NCBI GenBank assembly: GCA_965369655.1
Contig: CBDUQR010000033.1
Coordinates: 1-35,056, forward strand
Direction of reading: 5' to 3'
DNA from: an uncultured bacterium
Lineage (GTDB): Bacteria; Zixibacteria; MSB-5A5; JAABVY01; JAHJOQ01
DNA: 35,056 nucleotides
This document shows positions 30,433 to 35,056 of the stretch, piece by piece. Under the pieces are notes generated by a model. That model saw nothing but the letters and a program-made list of their open reading frames with translations. It did not search any database and was not told the origin of the DNA. Numbering within the stretch: position 1 is the first letter of the stretch; each line of letters begins with the position of its first letter. A program made the translations under genes and the position numbers.

Positions 30433-30448
30433 AGCAACTTACATGCCT
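30433..30448 (-). promoter_or_regulatory. Sigma-54 -24/-12 promoter
   Basis: AGGCATGTAAGTTGCT (GG-N10-GC) about 40 bp upstream of the GGDEF-like start; dyad TGTTCAAATATTGCGCA at 30556-30572 is a candidate UAS. Confidence 0.6.
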
Positions 30449-30602
30449 CGATCGATCAGTACTGTGACGATTTGACGGAAGCAAGCTTATAAGCGGCAAG
30501 GCGTTATAGAAGTAGAAATGGTGAGGGCTACATGGTTAGCGTTCTGCAACACGACTGTTCAAATATTGCGCAACCAACTTCACATTATCTGCATTTGACT
30601 TA

Positions 30603-32069
30603 CTACTTGTTCATCTCATTGATTCTATAATCTTTGATCTTGTAAAGCAGGGATCTGTAACTGATCTCCAGTATCTCGGCGGCTTTTCTACGATTCCAGT
30701 TCGTCTTGTTCAGAACCTCGGCGATCAACTGTTTTTCCTGAGCAGCGACCGTTTTCGAGATACGCCGCTTCAACGAGTAATCCCGTTCTTCCGGCTCCTC
30801 CTCCGGCTCACTGTACAATCCGCCCGCGCCAACCGCCACGGGCTGCAATTGTCCGACCGCCTGATACGATCTCGCAGGTTGGAGTTGCACATCCCGCCTC
30901 AGAAGATTTTCGACAATGCTCTTATCTTCCCTGACCACAACCTGCTTGATCAGGTTTTCGAGTTGACGGACATTTCCGGGAAAATCGTAGGCATACAACT
31001 TCTCCATGGTCTCGCCATCAATCGGCGGGACATCCTTCTTATAGAGCACTGCGTACTTTTTGACAAAATGCTCGACGAGCAAAGGAATGTCGTCCTTTCT
31101 CTCCCTGAGTGGTGGTATGAATATCGTAATCTCATTGAGCCTGTAGAACAAATCATCTCGAAATGCCCGACCAGCCAGCGCTTCCTCCAAGTTTCTGTTC
31201 GTTGCGCAGACGATTCTGATATCGACTTTGATGTTGTTGACACCGCCGACTCTCACGAATTCGTGCTGCTCCAGAACCTGCAGGAGCTTTGACTGAAGTT
31301 CAAGCGGCATATCGCCGATTTCATCGAGGAACATCGTCCCCTTGTTAGCAACCTCGAACCTGCCTGGTTTGGTCTTATGCGCGCCGGTGAATGCGCCCTT
31401 CTCGTAACCAAAAAGCTCGGCTTCGAGCAAATCCCTCGGTATCGCCATACAGTTTACTTTCGAGAATGCACTTTTCGAGCGACCTGACAGATTATGAAGC
31501 ATCCGAGCGACAATCTCCTTGCCGGTTCCCGACTCTCCACGAATCAGCACTGTCAACTCGCTGTCGGCTACCTGCTCTATTATGTTCTTCACCTCCAGAA
31601 TCCCGGGAGAGTCACCGATGAAGGCATCGTAGTGTGACTTTGCATCGAGTTCCGACCTGAGGTGAGTCAGTTCCTGCCTAAGCCGCGATTTTTCGAGGAC
31701 CGAGTGGATATGCAACTCGACCTCTTTCACATCGAACGGCTTATTGATAAACTCAGCCGCCCCCTTGCGAATCGATTCGACAACATACTTGGTCTCACCG
31801 TGCCCAGAGAGCATTATCACCTCTGACTGGAGGTCCGATTTTTTCAGTTTGGTGAGAACATCAAGCCCAGACATTCCCGGCATCTTGATGTCGAGCAGGA
31901 TCACATCAGGTTTCTCTGAAGAGGCAACCTGAATGCCCTCAATGCCATCAGAAGCGGACAGTATCTCGTATTTGTCCCCAAGCCCTAACGACAACAAATG
32001 CGGGACGTTCAGATCATCGTCGATTACAAGCAGTTTGATCGTATCTTCTTTCATTCCAGAACCTTTCAT
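30603..32069 (-). CDS. Sigma-54-dependent response regulator (NtrC/AtoC family; REC-AAA+-Fis HTH)
   Basis: [50 protein letters not shown]-terminal HTH; start may be 32054. Confidence 0.95.
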   Translation of the reverse strand: MKGSGMKEDTIKLLVIDDDLNVPHLLSLGLGDKYEILSASDGIEGIQVASSEKPDVILLDIKMPGMSGLDVLTKLKKSDLQSEVIMLSGHGETKYVVESIRKGAAEFINKPFDVKEVELHIHSVLEKSRLRQELTHLRSELDAKSHYDAFIGDSPGILEVKNIIEQVADSELTVLIRGESGTGKEIVARMLHNLSGRSKSAFSKVNCMAIPRDLLEAELFGYEKGAFTGAHKTKPGRFEVANKGTMFLDEIGDMPLELQSKLLQVLEQHEFVRVGGVNNIKVDIRIVCATNRNLEEALAGRAFRDDLFYRLNEITIFIPPLRERKDDIPLLVEHFVKKYAVLYKKDVPPIDGETMEKLYAYDFPGNVRQLENLIKQVVVREDKSIVENLLRRDVQLQPARSYQAVGQLQPVAVGAGGLYSEPEEEPEERDYSLKRRISKTVAAQEKQLIAEVLNKTNWNRRKAAEILEISYRSLLYKIKDYRINEMNK

Positions 32070-32218
32070 CCATACGCCTCAACCATAGTATCGGCCAGAC
32101 GTTCCAGATGTTGAGCACGATTATGCCTATTTCCTGCAAATCGCTGCATTCAAATAGGGGGAATATCTCGTCAGGTCAACAAGAACCTGTATGAGATTTA
32201 ACTCTGTACGTTGATTCT

Positions 32219-32397
32219 TGTGGATTGCAGATGTCCTGAGGGCATCTCAGAAGTCATGTGTAGCTCAAGTGGGAAGCTGACTCTGTCTCTCCCGCGAAGG
32301 CGGGAGCCCATTTAACATCAACGCATTCAATAGATTCCCGCCTGCGCGGGAATGACAGTACTTTCTACTGAGATTGCCACGCTTCGCTCGCAATGAC
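32219..32397. repeat. Partial second copy of the REP plus MITE composite seen at 2604-2775, followed by a CGTC-type hairpin
   Basis: Shared GCAGAYGTCCT-GAGG..., GGAAGCTGACTCTGTC.CTCCCGCG.AGGCGGGAGCC and CATTCAATAGATTCCCG...GGGAATGAC.GTACTTTCT. Confidence 0.75.
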
Positions 32398-32615
32398 CGG
32401 ACGATATCGTCTCGTGCACGTCGGGGCTATGCCCCGACGACGCAGAGGCACAGCCTCTGATCACACAGTAATTATCTGGTGCAAGCAATGGTTAGGCAAG
32501 CGAAAAGAAGCCAGCGCCACGAGACCCCAAACCTGTATTCACACTCTATACCCGAACCAATTACTACGGATTGTCACTGACGGTTTTGACCAAGTCAATC
32601 TTGACACTGTCGGTA

Positions 32616-33590
32616 TCATGACGAGTCATCCGGCCTTTCCGAATCAATGACCGCGTTCCCTCGCCTGTGTGCAAAGAAAACCTCTTCCCGATACATAACA
32701 TCATATCCCTGTTCCTGCAGATAGATTGCCCGGTCCAGATCAATAATACTTATGCAGATATCACTGTCGACAGCGTTCCGTGCGACTTGGAGAAATGTTT
32801 CGGAGTCAGCCAGATCCCGGGCAGCTTTGCTTCGCGGATAAGCATCTTGATTGTATTCATCGGTGAAGTAGAAACCCTCATTCTTTTTCTTGTATTTTGT
32901 GAACTGCCAATTCTTCATCGCCATGTAGCGGTTGAGCATTGACCATTTCTTAACTATTTCGACGTTTCCGCAGATATTCTCGTGGCAGCAGGTTCTGAAA
33001 ATCAGGAATGGCGATTCGATCTCAATTCCATAATCGATGGCAGCATCAGTCACCGATCCGCAGGCGCCAAAGAAGATAATAGCTGCAGGTTTCCTCCCTA
33101 AATCTGGTTCGAAGATACTCTCTTGCACAAACCTGAAGTTCTTCTGACTTCTCAAGCATACGATACGGTAAAGGGTGTTCCATCTTGTATCGATGTCGGA
33201 ACCGATGATTTCGAAGTGTGGTAGATCTCTTGCCAAATGTCTTGCCTGTCTTCCTTCAACTGTGGCGGGATTTACAATAACGCGGCTCTCCATATCAAGG
33301 TCTTTCAGCGCGTCCACGACAAGCCGCCTGATGTATGTGTCTTTTCTCTCCCGCTTGAATACCCGGAGGAGTGTGCGACGCTTCTCTGAGTATTTGGGAA
33401 ACTCCGGAAAGACAGTATCCCATGCTTGAATATGTTCTCCCAAGTGCGTCCGAATGGCTGTATCTTCCAGCAATCGGGCTCTATCTGCAATCTTACCGAG
33501 TCGGAACTCATTCAGCAGCAGGCCTAAAGCCTTTCTGAAATCCATACCACTGCTTACATCGTGAAATGTTTCGAGGGAAAACGTATTCAT
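32616..33590 (-). CDS. Hypothetical protein, possibly a divergent SAM-methyltransferase fold
   Basis: Long ORF with GGAG RBS; VIVNPATVEG, IIGSDID, GACGSVTD and TCCH pattern. Confidence 0.6.
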   Translation of the reverse strand: MNTFSLETFHDVSSGMDFRKALGLLLNEFRLGKIADRARLLEDTAIRTHLGEHIQAWDTVFPEFPKYSEKRRTLLRVFKRERKDTYIRRLVVDALKDLDMESRVIVNPATVEGRQARHLARDLPHFEIIGSDIDTRWNTLYRIVCLRSQKNFRFVQESIFEPDLGRKPAAIIFFGACGSVTDAAIDYGIEIESPFLIFRTCCHENICGNVEIVKKWSMLNRYMAMKNWQFTKYKKKNEGFYFTDEYNQDAYPRSKAARDLADSETFLQVARNAVDSDICISIIDLDRAIYLQEQGYDVMYREEVFFAHRRGNAVIDSERPDDSS

Positions 33591-33711
33591 GAATTCTCCT
33601 TCCCAATCTCATCCTTAAGAGCAGTAGTATCTGCCCTGATAACCTGCTCACAATTAAGAGGCCGAGTATCTTTCGGCCGCGCCTGGCAGTGGCGCGAGCA
33701 CTGCCAACCAG

Positions 33712-34323
33712 TTAGGCATCGTGTGAACAGCGACCGCCACCCAAGAAACTGCGACGCGAAACGGCAACAGCGATGAGCGTTGCCGCTGGTATCGCCCCAA
33801 CAAACAGAGCGAGGTGGTAGCCGCGCATTGGCATTCCTGAGAGTGCCTCTACCTCCAACTGGGCAAACGGCATCTGAGCCACAATGTGAGACATTGGGTT
33901 GGTCAGAAACGTCACAGTCGAGGAGGTTATCATGAGACCGAGGAAGACAACAGCACACCACCAGGCCCAGTAGCACCTTCGCGCAACTCCCCAAGTGAGT
34001 ATCACAGCTATGGCGATCGAGAGATCAATGATCAGCACTCCCGGCAGGCCAAGAACCACTCGGCCAAATAGCGGAAAGAAGCCACCAAAGAGCAGTGGGA
34101 AGTGAAGAGTCAATGCTACTAACACCATAAGGCTGTCCGCGACCTTCACGGCTTCGGGGGTGTCCGACAGCCAATTCGATGGGACATCGGCCGCTTGAAA
34201 CGCTCGCCGTGCAGTCCGACTCCGATAGAAACGCAGCAAAGCAAGCGGAAGAACTGGATAAATCAGTATGAACCCCAGCGCCACAACTGGCAGACTGGCC
34301 AGGCTTAGTTCCTTGGATGTCAC
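33712..34323 (-). pseudogene. 3' portion of a multi-TM membrane protein gene interrupted by IS630
   Basis: Hydrophobic ORF whose 5' boundary coincides with the TA/left end of the IS; no RBS. Confidence 0.65.
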
Positions 34324-35056
34324 TAGTGGTGTGATGCATAATTAACGGGCATTATCTTGCTTTCATTAGTCCTCCTCCATTGTATAGTTGCAGTGGAGGT
34401 ATTAAAGATGCGCGTGGCAGAGGAAATCGTACTCAACAAGAAAGAACAGACAGCCCTTCACCGATGGTCACAAGGTCGCAGGGTTTCGGTGCGACAGAGT
34501 GAGCGAGCCGGGATGATTCTGCTGGCCGCAGACGGCATGTTGAACAAAGAGATCGCCAGCCAAATGGGCGTTAAAGCTCACACGGTTGGGCGCTGGCGAA
34601 GTCGATTTGCAGAGTTGCGTCTGGCCGGTATCGAAAAGGATCTTCCTCGTGGTGGTCGCCCGCGAGATCAGCGGGAGCAATTGGAAAGCGAGATCATTCG
34701 CAAGACCACCCAGGAGACTCCGGAGCATGCAACCCATTGGAGCACCCGTTCACTTGCCCAGGAATTGGGCGTAAGTCAATCGATGGTTCATCGGGTTTGG
34801 AAAGCCAACGGGTTAAAGCCACATCTTGTCCGAACTTTCAAGCTGAGCCGGGATCCCCATTTCGAGAGAAAGTTGATCGACGTCGTTGGCCTCTATCTCA
34901 ACCCGCCGGAGAAAGCACTCGTCATCAGTGCCGACGAGAAAAGTCAGATACAGGCACTCGACCGAACCCAGCCGAGTTTGCCCATCATTCCCGGTCGATG
35001 CGGAACAATGACCCATGATTACAAACGCAACGGTACGACGACTCTCTTCGCCGCCA
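34324..35056 (+). mobile_element. IS630-family insertion sequence (left part; runs off the window)
   Basis: CTAGTGGTG.. left end at a TA dinucleotide, followed by a transposase ORF. Confidence 0.85.
34408..35056 (+). CDS. IS630 family transposase (partial; absent from the ORF track because no stop lies in the window)
   Basis: Own translation: MRVAEEIVL...HWSTRSLA...GLKPH..TFKLS.DP...[29 protein letters not shown]...[23 protein letters not shown]. Confidence 0.95.
   Translation, partial: MRVAEEIVLNKKEQTALHRWSQGRRVSVRQSERAGMILLAADGMLNKEIASQMGVKAHTVGRWRSRFAELRLAGIEKDLPRGGRPRDQREQLESEIIRKTTQETPEHATHWSTRSLAQELGVSQSMVHRVWKANGLKPHLVRTFKLSRDPHFERKLIDVVGLYLNPPEKALVISADEKSQIQALDRTQPSLPIIPGRCGTMTHDYKRNGTTTLFAA

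Noticed and set aside
34340-34350. GTTAATT (minus strand) as an integron recombination core
   Set aside because: It lies inside the IS630 left end
34468-35018. Short ORFs listed in the track over the last 600 bp
   Set aside because: They overlap the IS630 transposase frame starting at 34408

Overview
Bacterial genomic window. The Cys-rich secreted proteins with cohesin/dockerin-like and C-terminal NYPNPFNP sorting domains suggest an FCB-group organism such as Zixibacteria; this is inference only. Ordinary genes include a GH57 branching enzyme, a tldD-pmbA pair, UbiB/ABC1 kinase, a PD-(D/E)XK nuclease, fetAB-like ABC genes, an NtrC-type sigma-54 regulator, TPR proteins and a partial IS630. 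The most unusual region is 9.8-12.3 kb. It holds two tandem copies of a selenocysteine peroxiredoxin (TFV-TGA-PTE plus SECIS hairpin), which the ORF track splits. These are interleaved with three copies of a module made of a sigma70-like promoter, a ~111-nt multi-stem pseudoknot-capable sequence that I cannot assign to a known RNA family, and a U-rich tail. The third copy drives a low-GC DUF5677/HEPN-like gene. Other notable items are a four-level nest of REP-like hairpins, TIR/TSD-bounded MITEs and 20-27-bp micro-insertions, with empty and filled alleles both visible; a GDP-mannose/UDP-glucose dehydrogenase homolog lacking its catalytic Cys; and a degenerate GGDEF protein behind a sigma-54 promoter. 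All calls are by eye; no database searches were run.
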